Shown here piece after piece: positions 29,514-38,432 of a stretch of DNA of 64,000 bases; position 1 is the stretch's first letter; every line of letters starts with the position of its first letter. The stretch spans positions 3,392,001 through 3,456,000 of the forward strand of contig CBDCOH010000002.1 in the NCBI GenBank assembly GCA_965219685.1, read 5' to 3'. This stretch comes from Candidatus Spongiisociaceae bacterium (GTDB taxonomy: Bacteria > Actinomycetota > Acidimicrobiia > Spongiisociales > Spongiisociaceae). The translations under genes were made by a program, and so were the position numbers. A model generated the notes under the pieces. It ran no database searches. It was not told the DNA's origin and saw only the letters and a program-made list of their open reading frames with translations.

Positions 29514-31097
29514 CTAGGCCTGCATCTCTCCCGAGGATCGGGCGGAACCCGGCTGCCGCTCAGGGAGAACGTCGCGGAGGGGAAGCCCCCTGAACATAAG
29601 ACCGGCGACGGTGGCGGCGATCGCCACGGGTATCGCCAACCGGAACATCTGAGCCGAACTGAGCGCGACCGCCTCCCGGATGACGTCGCGCACGGACGCC
29701 TCCATCGTCGCGACGACCGCCGGGGTCGCGATCAACTCGCTGACCTCGAGGTCCGACACCGGCGAATCCTGCGGGAGTCGGGCTGCGAGGAGCCCGGCGA
29801 GACGCGCGTTGAACAGGGCTCCGAACACGGCCACCCCGGTACTACCGCCGAGTTGGCGGAACACCTGTACCGACGATGTCGCAACCCCGAGGTCCCGAGG
29901 ATGGACTGCGTTCTGTATGACCAGGATCAGCACCGGGATCAGGACACCCATGCTCAAGCCGAAGACGAGTAGGTAGCCGGCCGCGGCCGCCGGACTGGTC
30001 GAGACCGTCATGGTGCTCAGCAATGCCAATCCCACCCCGAGGAGGACGGGCCCTGAGGCCACTACCAACCGGTAGCGCCCCCATCGCGCCACGATCCGCC
30101 CCGACACAAGGCTCGCGACCAGGGAGGCCGTGAGCATCGGAACCAGGAGGAGTCCCGAGTGGGTCGCAGACAGGCCCAGGGCGATCTGCAAGAAGACCGG
30201 GAAGTACGCCAGCGGCAGGAAGAGGCCGAAGCCGGCGATGAAACTGGTCACGTTGGCAGCCGAGAACTCCCGGTTCCGGAAGAGGAACAGGGGCAGTATG
30301 GGAGAAGCAGCCTTTCCCTCCTGCCGCACGAACCACAGCAGCGCCAACACCCCCGCGGCCAGCGTCGAGACGATCACCGGGGAGCCCCACGCATACTCAT
30401 GACCTCCCCAGGTCGCGGCGAGCAGCACAGCGGCCAGCCCAAGCGCCAGTAGAGCAGCACCGAGCCAGTCCACACCGATTCCCCTGGTCACGGGTGGATC
30501 GGTCAGGTTGCGGCGGATCAGGACCAAAGTGATGACGGCCAGCGCGACGCTGGGGTAGAACGCCAGGCGCCAGGAGACATGATCGACCGCAACGCCTCCG
30601 AGCAACGGCCCGCAGACGCTGGCGACCGCGAACACCCCGCTTATGTACACCTGGTAACGGCCCCGCTGCCGCGGCGTGATCATGTCGCCGACGATCATGT
30701 AGCTGAGCGAGATCAGGCCGGCCGATCCCGCGCCTTGGACAGCCCTGAAGGCGATGAGTTGGCCGATGCTCTGGCTGAGGCCCGCCGCGCACGAACCCAG
30801 GGAGAACAAGAGGATGGCGACCTGCATCAGCCTCCGACGGCCGTAGAGATCGGACAGTTTGCCGTAGAGAGGGACCGTTACCGTTGACGCCAGCACGTTC
30901 GCGGTCAGCACCCAGGGAAGCAGCGTGAGGGCCCCCATCTCGCCGACGATGGTCGGAAGGGCCGTAGACACGATGGTGTAGTCCATCGCGGCGATGGCCA
31001 TAGCCAGCAGCAACGCAAAGAAGGTTCTTCGCACGGTCGGCGTCAGCTTCGATGCCTTGCTGCTTCCGCCGGCATGGGCTCCGGACTTCCGGGTCAT
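29514..31097 (-). CDS. MFS transporter, DHA2/EmrB-QacA type
   Basis: MDYTIVSTALPTI, GKLSDLYGRR, about 14 TM segments. Confidence 0.9.
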   Translation of the reverse strand: MTRKSGAHAGGSSKASKLTPTVRRTFFALLLAMAIAAMDYTIVSTALPTIVGEMGALTLLPWVLTANVLASTVTVPLYGKLSDLYGRRRLMQVAILLFSLGSCAAGLSQSIGQLIAFRAVQGAGSAGLISLSYMIVGDMITPRQRGRYQVYISGVFAVASVCGPLLGGVAVDHVSWRLAFYPSVALAVITLVLIRRNLTDPPVTRGIGVDWLGAALLALGLAAVLLAATWGGHEYAWGSPVIVSTLAAGVLALLWFVRQEGKAASPILPLFLFRNREFSAANVTSFIAGFGLFLPLAYFPVFLQIALGLSATHSGLLLVPMLTASLVASLVSGRIVARWGRYRLVVASGPVLLGVGLALLSTMTVSTSPAAAAGYLLVFGLSMGVLIPVLILVIQNAVHPRDLGVATSSVQVFRQLGGSTGVAVFGALFNARLAGLLAARLPQDSPVSDLEVSELIATPAVVATMEASVRDVIREAVALSSAQMFRLAIPVAIAATVAGLMFRGLPLRDVLPERQPGSARSSGEMQA

Positions 31098-31158
31098 CGA
31101 CACGTCGCCGGCCTGCCGGAGCAGAGCGATACGGACCGGCTCACCCGACAGGGTGGTC

Positions 31159-31983
31159 TCATCCGCGCACCGCGCGGAAGCGGGCCACACGATCGACGAT
31201 GGCTGCTTCGGTAGGAAGCCGCTCGATGCTGGACGCGCCGACGAACCCGTTTAGTCTCGGAACCAGTTGCAGCGCCTCCTCGAGGTCGGAGGGTTCGGAG
31301 ATGGGACCGCCGTGGCAAAGGACGGGAATGAACCTTCCGGCCTCGTCGGCAACCCCGCAGATCGCCTCGAGGACAGGCACCAGAGATGGCACGGTCCGCC
31401 GGTCGGAGGCACCGATCATGCCTCCTGTGGTCAGCCCAACGTGAGCAACCAGGACATCGGCGCCGGCCTCGGCCATGGCGGCCGCCTCTTCGGCGCTGAA
31501 CACGTAGGGCATGGTGAACATCCCCATACGGGAGGCCAGCCCGATCATCGCCACCTCGGCCGAGTAGGACATGCCGGTCGCCTCCAGCGCGCGCCGGAAG
31601 CCGCCGTCTATCAGGCCCACGGTCGGAAAGTTCTGGACCCCGGAGATCCCGCATCCCGCCAACTCGTCCAGGAACCTCCCCATGTCGCGGAACGGATCGG
31701 TCCCGCACACCCCGGCGATCACCGGCATCCTGTCGACCACGGTGACGATCTCCCTCGTCATCTCCAGGACGGTCCGGTTGGCGTCCCCGTAGGGCATAAG
31801 ACCGGCCAGCGATCCCCGTCCCGCCATCCGGTACCGGCCCGAGTTGTAGATGACGACGGCGTCCGCCCCGCCTGCCTCCGCGCACTTGGCGGAGAGGCCG
31901 GTCCCGGCCCCGGCGACCACGAGCGTCTCGTTCCGGCGTGCCTTCGCGATCAGGGCGCCTGCCAGATCATTGGTCTCAGGCAC
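31159..31983 (-). CDS. PEP-hydrolase-like TIM-barrel protein, copy 2
   Basis: GAGTGLSAKCAEAGGAD...YNSGRYRMAGRGSLAGLMPYGDAN, GVQNFPTVG. Confidence 0.9.
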   Translation of the reverse strand: MPETNDLAGALIAKARRNETLVVAGAGTGLSAKCAEAGGADAVVIYNSGRYRMAGRGSLAGLMPYGDANRTVLEMTREIVTVVDRMPVIAGVCGTDPFRDMGRFLDELAGCGISGVQNFPTVGLIDGGFRRALEATGMSYSAEVAMIGLASRMGMFTMPYVFSAEEAAAMAEAGADVLVAHVGLTTGGMIGASDRRTVPSLVPVLEAICGVADEAGRFIPVLCHGGPISEPSDLEEALQLVPRLNGFVGASSIERLPTEAAIVDRVARFRAVRG

Positions 31984-33202
31984 GGTCCCTCCTTTCCGAG
32001 ATCGCCAGAAGTCTGGCGGCTGCTGCCTGAGAGAAGGCCGGATCGTTGATGTGGGTGTCCAGCCGGACCACCTCGGTGTCCGAACCGGCGAGCGACTCCC
32101 GCAACCCTTCGGCCAGAGCCGCGTCGGCCGCCGGGTCATGGAAGGGGCCCCCGTCCACGGCGATCGCGGACGACCCGCGCAACGGGACCATGAGGACCGC
32201 CGGACCCATCGCCTCCGCCAGGCGCGCTCCGATCACGCGGCCGATCACGCGGCACTCCTCCGGGGAGGTCCGCATCAGCGTGACGAGGTCGTTGTGAACG
32301 TGGAACACCCGGTTGCCGAAGTGCTCCGGGACCGTGTCCCGTGGTCCGAAGCGCACCATGTCGGTACCCCCGGTGGACACGACCTGGGGAACCCCGAGCC
32401 GCCCTGCCGTCCTGAGGCGGTCGTCCCCCGCCGGCTTCGTCCCGCCCACCACCTCGTCGGCTATCTCCACGGTGGTCAGGTCCAGCATGGCGCTCACGCC
32501 CATCGGTCCGATCAGTCGCTCCATCGTCCGTCCACCCTCCCCTGTGGCATGGAAGGTCACGACCTCGTGGCCGGCCTCCTGTAGCCGGGCCCGGGCGCCG
32601 GTGACCCCCCTGGTGGTAAGGCCCAGCATGGTCGCGAAGGCGAGGCTCCGGTCGCCGGCGGGCACGGGCGCAGCCCGGACCGCCCCCGCGATGGCTGCTG
32701 CCGCGTTCGAGAGCACCCTGCGGGTGAGACGATTCAAGCCTGCTACGTCGGCAACGGACGACATGAGCAGAAGGTCCGAGCCACCGGCCAGGGCCCCGCC
32801 CGCGGAGGCCACCTGCGTGGACACGATCATCTTGGGCAATCCGAAGGGCAGTCGTGAGAAGGCTCGGACGGCCACGGAGGTGCCCCCGGAACCTCCGGCG
32901 GCCAGCACCCCCGAGCAACGTCCCGTTTCGACGAGTTCCGCAAGGATCTTCCCGGCCCCGTGGCCCATGACTCCCAGGGCCATGGCCCGGTCCCCGGCCG
33001 CTGCCAGGTCAGCGACCCTCCGGCCTGCCGCTTCCGCCACTGCTTGGCGGGTGATGTCGGGAGTTACTCCAGGGCAGCCCAGAACCCCCGCATCGATCAG
33101 TAGCGACGACACCCCCGCTTCCCGGATCCGGTCGCGGAGGTACGCGTACTCGTCACCCTTGGTGTCGAGCGTGCCCACGAGGGCGACGACGGGAGATGTC
33201 AC
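31976..33202 (-). CDS. Tm-1-like ATP-binding domain protein (UPF0261)
   Basis: GTLDTKGDE, GGSGGT, FHATGEGGR, HINDPAF. Confidence 0.9.
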   Translation of the reverse strand: MTSPVVALVGTLDTKGDEYAYLRDRIREAGVSSLLIDAGVLGCPGVTPDITRQAVAEAAGRRVADLAAAGDRAMALGVMGHGAGKILAELVETGRCSGVLAAGGSGGTSVAVRAFSRLPFGLPKMIVSTQVASAGGALAGGSDLLLMSSVADVAGLNRLTRRVLSNAAAAIAGAVRAAPVPAGDRSLAFATMLGLTTRGVTGARARLQEAGHEVVTFHATGEGGRTMERLIGPMGVSAMLDLTTVEIADEVVGGTKPAGDDRLRTAGRLGVPQVVSTGGTDMVRFGPRDTVPEHFGNRVFHVHNDLVTLMRTSPEECRVIGRVIGARLAEAMGPAVLMVPLRGSSAIAVDGGPFHDPAADAALAEGLRESLAGSDTEVVRLDTHINDPAFSQAAAARLLAISERRDRA

Positions 33203-33525
33203 TGCAGGGGCGAGAAGTCCGTGGGAACCCAGATCTCGTTGGTCATACCCGTGAGCAGCGGACCGTTCTCCTCACTCTTCTTGCGGGCGGCAACCCATTC
33301 CGGGTTCACCCGGAACCCCTCCCAGACCTCCTCGCGGCGGCCGAGATCCTCCCACTTGAGAAGGTAGTGAAGCACGTTCGGATCCCCGATCCTGGGCTCG
33401 AAGAAGGCCACCGGCTCGATACCGGCCTTCTTCCACATCGGGACGGTAGCTTCGGCGAAGCGGTCCTTGAGTTCTTCCATCCGTCCGTGAACCACCTGAT
33501 AGCGCCGGTATTCGTAGAACGCCAT
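33199..33525 (-). CDS. NIPSNAP-family protein
   Basis: YEYRRYQV...LHYLLKWEDL...PTDFSPLQ. Confidence 0.85.
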   Translation of the reverse strand: MAFYEYRRYQVVHGRMEELKDRFAEATVPMWKKAGIEPVAFFEPRIGDPNVLHYLLKWEDLGRREEVWEGFRVNPEWVAARKKSEENGPLLTGMTNEIWVPTDFSPLQ

Positions 33526-33882
33526 CTACTCTCCTTCCTCTATCGACACCAACTCGCCCGTGGCGGCCCGCCGCAGTCTCGCCACGCCGGAGACGGCTTC
33601 GGGGGCGATAGAACCGTAGATATGGGGAAACAGCTCGCCCACGGCATTCGGCTCCCACTTCACTTCGCTGCGCAGTAGGGAGGTGTCGATGGTCACCACT
33701 ATCACGCTGTCCATGGCGGCGTACCACTTGGCCAAGGTCCCCGGGACTTGCTCCGGCGACGAGCAGTGAAGGTATCCGTCTCTCAGATCGGCTTCGGATA
33801 CCGCAACGTACTGCTTGCCCGCGGCGATCGATGCGTCCCACTCCTCCGGGGTTATGATCTTGCACACTTGCGCCATAGCCAC
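33526..33882 (-). CDS. DUF952-family protein
   Basis: DLRDGYLHCS and ELFPHIYG motifs. Confidence 0.85.
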   Translation of the reverse strand: MAMAQVCKIITPEEWDASIAAGKQYVAVSEADLRDGYLHCSSPEQVPGTLAKWYAAMDSVIVVTIDTSLLRSEVKWEPNAVGELFPHIYGSIAPEAVSGVARLRRAATGELVSIEEGE

Positions 33883-34103
33883 CTCCTTGTCTCCTCGCGG
33901 TCCGCGAAACGGCCGCCCGTTACAGCGGTAGGTCGCCTGAGCACGGTTGGTCCGAGACTATGGGGGCAGTCCCGCTTTGGCTTGGTCAGCGTAGCGAGGG
34001 CCCGGGTCTCGCCTCGGTAAGCCGCCTGAACGGCCCTTCCGGACCCTCCCGACATCCCCGGCAGGGATGGGGCAAACGTCCGGACCCCGCTCGCGGCGTT
34101 GGT

Positions 34104-35519
34104 TCACTCTCCGTATCGGCGCCAGTGGTCGCCGAAGAGCGCCTCCTCGCTGGGTCGGTCCTCGGGGATCGTGGTCGACAGGTGGGTCAGGTTGATGAAG
34201 TGGCGGTAGTTGAGGTTCTCACTGATGCTGTTTCCCGCCCAGGTGCCGCAACCCATCGTCAGGGTGAAGGGGAGCCCGTTGGTGAAGCTGCCCCCGTTGC
34301 CGATGGCGTGGGCCTGGTTGACGAGCACCCTGACCACGTCCAACTCGTCGGCGAGGAGGCGGGCGTGGTCCATAGACGACGTGTAGATGCCACAGGAGTG
34401 GCCGCGTCCCCTGACCGCGAGGACGGCCCGTACCGTCTCGATCGCCTCTCTGATCCCGGCAGCCCGGTAGACGGTGAGCACCAGCGAGAGTTTCTCGTCC
34501 GCGAAGGATCCGGCTTCGGCGGGGAGCCGGTCCTCGACCAGGAACAACCGCGCCTCGCCGGCTTTCCCACCGAGTCCGGCCCGGCGGGCGAGGACACGGG
34601 CGTCCTTGGCGATCATCTCCCGGTTGAGCTTCCCGTCCACCCACAGGGCGTCCCGGACCGCTCGCTTCTCGCGTTCGTCGACCACGTAAGCCCCGGCCGC
34701 GCGGAGTTGCTCCAGTGCCGAGTCGTAGACATCGTCGAGGATGACCAGCGAGTTCTCCGATGAGCACGACGTGGCGTTGTCGAAGGTCTTGGAAGCCATG
34801 ACGCCCTCGGCCGCCTGCCGGAGGTCGGCGGTGCTGTCGACGATCACGGGCACGTTGCCTGCGCCCACCCCGATCGCGGGCTTGCCGCTCTGGTAGGCGG
34901 AGCGCACGTTGTTCTGCGATCCGGTGACGACGGACAGGTCGCAGGCCTCCATCAACCCGGTGGTGGCGCGCCTGGTGACCGGTGCAGGAAGGATTTGCAC
35001 GAGGTCCGCGGGCGCTCCGGCGGTTTCCAGGGCCGCCCGCATCAAATCGACCGCCCGGCTCGTGGTGGGGTAGGCCAGCGGGGAGGGCGCGACGATGACC
35101 GCGTTGCGGCCCTTAACGGCCATCATCGCCTTGTTGACGGGGGTAGCGGCGGGGTTCGTGGACGGCGTGACGGCGGCAACCACCCCCACCGGCTTGGCGT
35201 AGATCGCGAGCCCCCGGGACGGGTCCTCCTCCACCAGTCCCACGGTCCTGGCACGGCTGAGGTCGCGTAGCGTCCCGAACGTCTTGCGCCGGTTCTTGAC
35301 GATCTTGTCCTCGACGTTCCCGAGGCCGGTGGTCCTGACCGCGATCTCCGCCAGTTCTCGGGCATGGTCGGGCTTGTAGAGCGACCAGGCCAGGGCGGTC
35401 ACCACCTCGTCCACCCGTTCCTGGTCCGAATCGACGAACCCGGCCATGGCCGACCTCGCCCGAGCCACGAGGGTCACAACGGCTTCGGCGTCCGTGGCGT
35501 TCGCAACCAGGGTTGTCAT
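34104..35519 (-). CDS. CoA-acylating aldehyde dehydrogenase, SauS (sulfoacetaldehyde dehydrogenase)-like
   Basis: DKIVKNRRKTFGTLRDL, PSTNPAATP, SKTFDNATSCSSENS, MGCGTWAGNSISENLNYRHF. Confidence 0.8.
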   Translation of the reverse strand: MTTLVANATDAEAVVTLVARARSAMAGFVDSDQERVDEVVTALAWSLYKPDHARELAEIAVRTTGLGNVEDKIVKNRRKTFGTLRDLSRARTVGLVEEDPSRGLAIYAKPVGVVAAVTPSTNPAATPVNKAMMAVKGRNAVIVAPSPLAYPTTSRAVDLMRAALETAGAPADLVQILPAPVTRRATTGLMEACDLSVVTGSQNNVRSAYQSGKPAIGVGAGNVPVIVDSTADLRQAAEGVMASKTFDNATSCSSENSLVILDDVYDSALEQLRAAGAYVVDEREKRAVRDALWVDGKLNREMIAKDARVLARRAGLGGKAGEARLFLVEDRLPAEAGSFADEKLSLVLTVYRAAGIREAIETVRAVLAVRGRGHSCGIYTSSMDHARLLADELDVVRVLVNQAHAIGNGGSFTNGLPFTLTMGCGTWAGNSISENLNYRHFINLTHLSTTIPEDRPSEEALFGDHWRRYGE

Positions 35520-35529
35520 GCGCTGGTGC

Positions 35530-36330
35530 TCATCGGTCGGACCGCGTCCGCCAGTGGGCGACCGCGACGGTGGCATTGTCCCTGAGGCCCAGACCTCGTG
35601 CCGTGGCCAGCACGGTTCCGGCGATGGCTGCTGCGTCGCCGGACTCGGGACCGCATGCCGACCCGATGCCGGCAGGTGACGTGTCCCACAGCCATTCGAT
35701 GTCGCCGTAATCGGCGGCGAGCGGCTCCCAGGCGCCGTCACTGGCGATGATCACCGCCTCGGGTATCTCGGCGTCCTCGAAGTCACCGATCACGTCCACC
35801 TCTACCAGCCCTGCGCCGTACCCCTCGTCCTCGGGAGGCATTCCCAGGCATAGATCGATACCCCCAAACAGGCCCCTGTGGGGAGTCCCGCAGCAGTATC
35901 CCGCGAAACCGTCCGGCCCCGACTTCACCGAGAACGCCATCGTGTCACCCATCCACCCGATCAACAGACCGCCCTCGGGGGTCCAGGCCGATACGCACAG
36001 GGTGCTCATCGGAATCTCGGGCAGGGGAACCGGGCGGCTCCGAGATCCGGACAGCGCGAGCACCCGCTCGTTGGCCTCCGTGAACGCCGCCGCCATCTCG
36101 GCCTCGCCGTCGATCCGCCGCGGTAGGCCCTCGACGGCCGCCTCGGCCGCCTCGGCGCCGCGTGGATGACCCCCCAGCCCATCGGCCACTGCGATCACCC
36201 AGGCGCCGTCGTCCGACACGGCCGTGAACGCCCGATCCTGGTTCTCGCCACGCGGGCCGATGTCAGTCACCGAAGCGACCGTCACCGCCCTCCGCGACCG
36301 GTCTGGCTCGTTGGATCCTGCATCCGACAT
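35530..36330 (-). CDS. PP2C-family protein phosphatase
   Basis: GPRGENQD, AVADGLGGH, IASDG, DNAT motifs. Confidence 0.85.
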   Translation of the reverse strand: MSDAGSNEPDRSRRAVTVASVTDIGPRGENQDRAFTAVSDDGAWVIAVADGLGGHPRGAEAAEAAVEGLPRRIDGEAEMAAAFTEANERVLALSGSRSRPVPLPEIPMSTLCVSAWTPEGGLLIGWMGDTMAFSVKSGPDGFAGYCCGTPHRGLFGGIDLCLGMPPEDEGYGAGLVEVDVIGDFEDAEIPEAVIIASDGAWEPLAADYGDIEWLWDTSPAGIGSACGPESGDAAAIAGTVLATARGLGLRDNATVAVAHWRTRSDR

Positions 36331-36420
36331 AGGCGACATCATGCCAGATACCGGAGACCCAGGAGTTTGTCTCGGCGGACTACCCCGGGCAGACTGACCA
36401 CCATCCACCAATCACCAGCC

Positions 36421-37557
36421 ATGAACATCCCTGAACATGTAGCCAAGGCCGTGCTGGCGGAGGCGGGCGTGCGCGTACCGGGCGGCGCATTCGCGACAAC
36501 GCCGGAGGGCGCCGCAAGGGCGGCTCGCCGCCTCGGGCCGGTGATGGTCAAGGCACAGGTGCCGATGGGAGGCCGCGGGAAGTCCGGCGGCATCAGGTCA
36601 GCACAGACCCCTGAAGAGGCCTACTCGGTCACCGCCGAGTTGATCGGAAGCCGCCTCGGCGGGTACCACGTTGCCGAGGTCCTGGTCGAGGAATGGATCC
36701 GGGCTGGTCAGGAACTCTACGCAGCGGTCCTCAACGATCCCGCCGGACCCGCGCGGCGCGTCGTGCTCTCGGAGCGTGGCGGGGTGGACATCGAGGCAAC
36801 ATCCCGTTCCGATCCCGGGTCGATCCTGACCCTGGACCTCGATCCGAGGATGGATCTGCACCCGGAGACCGCCCAGCGGTTCGCGACCGATGCAGGGTTC
36901 GCCTCGGCTGCGCCCGCCGTGGCCGATGCCCTAGTGCGGCTCTACCGGCTGCACCGTGACTCGGACGCCACGCTCCTGGAGGTCAACCCGCTGGCCGTCA
37001 CGGATGCAGGCGACGTGGTGGCGCTCGACTGCAAGCTCGTCTTGGATGGCGCGGCCGCCGCCCGCCAGCCATCGCTCGCCGCAGTTGCCGCCCCGGAGCC
37101 GCTGACCGGACTGGAGAAGGCCGCCCGGGAACTCGGGCTCCAGTTCGTCGAACTCGACGGCGACATCGGCGTGCTCGCCAACGGCGCCGGCCTCACGATG
37201 ACCACGATGGACGTGATCACTCACCTGGGGGGCCGGCCCGCCAACTTCCTCGAGATAGGCGGCGACGCGTACACCAAGGCCCGCCCGGCGCTCGAACTGG
37301 TACTCGCTCACGACTCGGTGCGCAGCCTGGTGGTCAACTTCTGCGGCGCCTTCGCCCGCACGGACGTGATGATCGACGGCTTGACCCGCGCATGGCTCGA
37401 CCTTCGCCCGCAGGTCCCCGCCTTCTTCACCGTCGACGGCACCGGTTCGTCGGAGGCCAGGCGCCTGTTGAAGGAGCGGTTGGGCCTCGATCCGTACCCG
37501 ACGATGGATGAAGCGATCGCGGCGGCCATCCGAGCAGCCGGAGGTCGGAGCGCATGA
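36421..37557 (+). CDS. SucC-like ADP-forming acyl-CoA ligase beta subunit (divergent)
   Basis: VKAQVPMGGRGKSGG, EVNPL, NGAGLTMTTMD, PANFLEIGG; carries NFCGAFARTD in place of the canonical NIFGGIxRCD. Confidence 0.85.
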   Translation: MNIPEHVAKAVLAEAGVRVPGGAFATTPEGAARAARRLGPVMVKAQVPMGGRGKSGGIRSAQTPEEAYSVTAELIGSRLGGYHVAEVLVEEWIRAGQELYAAVLNDPAGPARRVVLSERGGVDIEATSRSDPGSILTLDLDPRMDLHPETAQRFATDAGFASAAPAVADALVRLYRLHRDSDATLLEVNPLAVTDAGDVVALDCKLVLDGAAAARQPSLAAVAAPEPLTGLEKAARELGLQFVELDGDIGVLANGAGLTMTTMDVITHLGGRPANFLEIGGDAYTKARPALELVLAHDSVRSLVVNFCGAFARTDVMIDGLTRAWLDLRPQVPAFFTVDGTGSSEARRLLKERLGLDPYPTMDEAIAAAIRAAGGRSA

Positions 37558-38423
37558 TCGTCCGCGGCCACGAGCGCGTGCTGGTCCAGGGCATCACCGG
37601 ACGCCAGGCGACCTACTGGACCGCCCGGATGCAGGAGTACGGAACCCGGATCGTGGCGGGCGTAAGCCCCCGCAAGCCGGGGATCACCCACTGCGGGGTC
37701 CCGGTCCATGAAACCGCTCGGGCGGCAATGGAGGCCACCGGGTTCGAGGTGGCGGTCCTGTTCGTGCCTCCGCTCAGCGTGGAGGTTGCAGCCCTCGATG
37801 CCATCGAGGCGGGCGCTTCGAAGCTGGTCATCCTCACCGAACACGTCCCCGTGCGGGACGTGATGAACCTGATCTCGGCCGCCCGCGCAGCCGGGACGGA
37901 AGTGGTCGGCCCCAACACGGCCGGGCTCGTCACGCCCCGGGAGTGCTTCGTCGGATTCATGCCGGCCTTCGATGCCTCGATCTTCCGGCCGGGCCGGATC
38001 GGGGTGGTGTCGCGCAGCGGCAGCCTCGGCACCCTGGCCTGCCTCAACATCGTCCGGGCCGGTTACGGCCAGTCGGCGTTCATCGGTATAGGGGGTGACC
38101 CTGTGCCGGGTACCCGCACCCGCGACGCTCTTCAGGTCCTGGAGCAGGATCGGCGCACCGAAGCCGTGGTGCTGATCGGCGAGATCGGCGGTGACATGGA
38201 AGAGGACGCCGCCTCGTGTGTGAGGGAGATGAGCAAGCCGGTCGTGACGTTCGTGGCCGGACGGTCCGCTCCACCCGACCGGAGGATGGGTCACGCCGGC
38301 GCGATCTTCCAGGGAAGCCGGGGTTCGTACGCCTCCAAGAGGGCAGCCCTGGAGGCATCCGGCGCCGGCGTTCTGGAGACCCCTTCGGAGATCGGGCCGG
38401 CCCTGGCCCGAGTTCTCGGCTAA
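37554..38423 (+). CDS. SucD-like ADP-forming acyl-CoA ligase alpha subunit
   Basis: VQGITGRQ, GPNTAG, SRSGSL, RMGHAGA (phospho-His). Confidence 0.88.
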   Translation: MIVRGHERVLVQGITGRQATYWTARMQEYGTRIVAGVSPRKPGITHCGVPVHETARAAMEATGFEVAVLFVPPLSVEVAALDAIEAGASKLVILTEHVPVRDVMNLISAARAAGTEVVGPNTAGLVTPRECFVGFMPAFDASIFRPGRIGVVSRSGSLGTLACLNIVRAGYGQSAFIGIGGDPVPGTRTRDALQVLEQDRRTEAVVLIGEIGGDMEEDAASCVREMSKPVVTFVAGRSAPPDRRMGHAGAIFQGSRGSYASKRAALEASGAGVLETPSEIGPALARVLG

Positions 38424-38432
38424 CGGGCGCTG

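Noticed and set aside
33883-34103. Possible structured RNA between the sauS-like and DUF952 genes
   Set aside because: Only generic GC-rich pairing, no recognisable motif and no second copy in the window
36421-38423. Calling the pair canonical sucCD
   Set aside because: Altered substrate motif and non-TCA context, so the gene symbol is withheld
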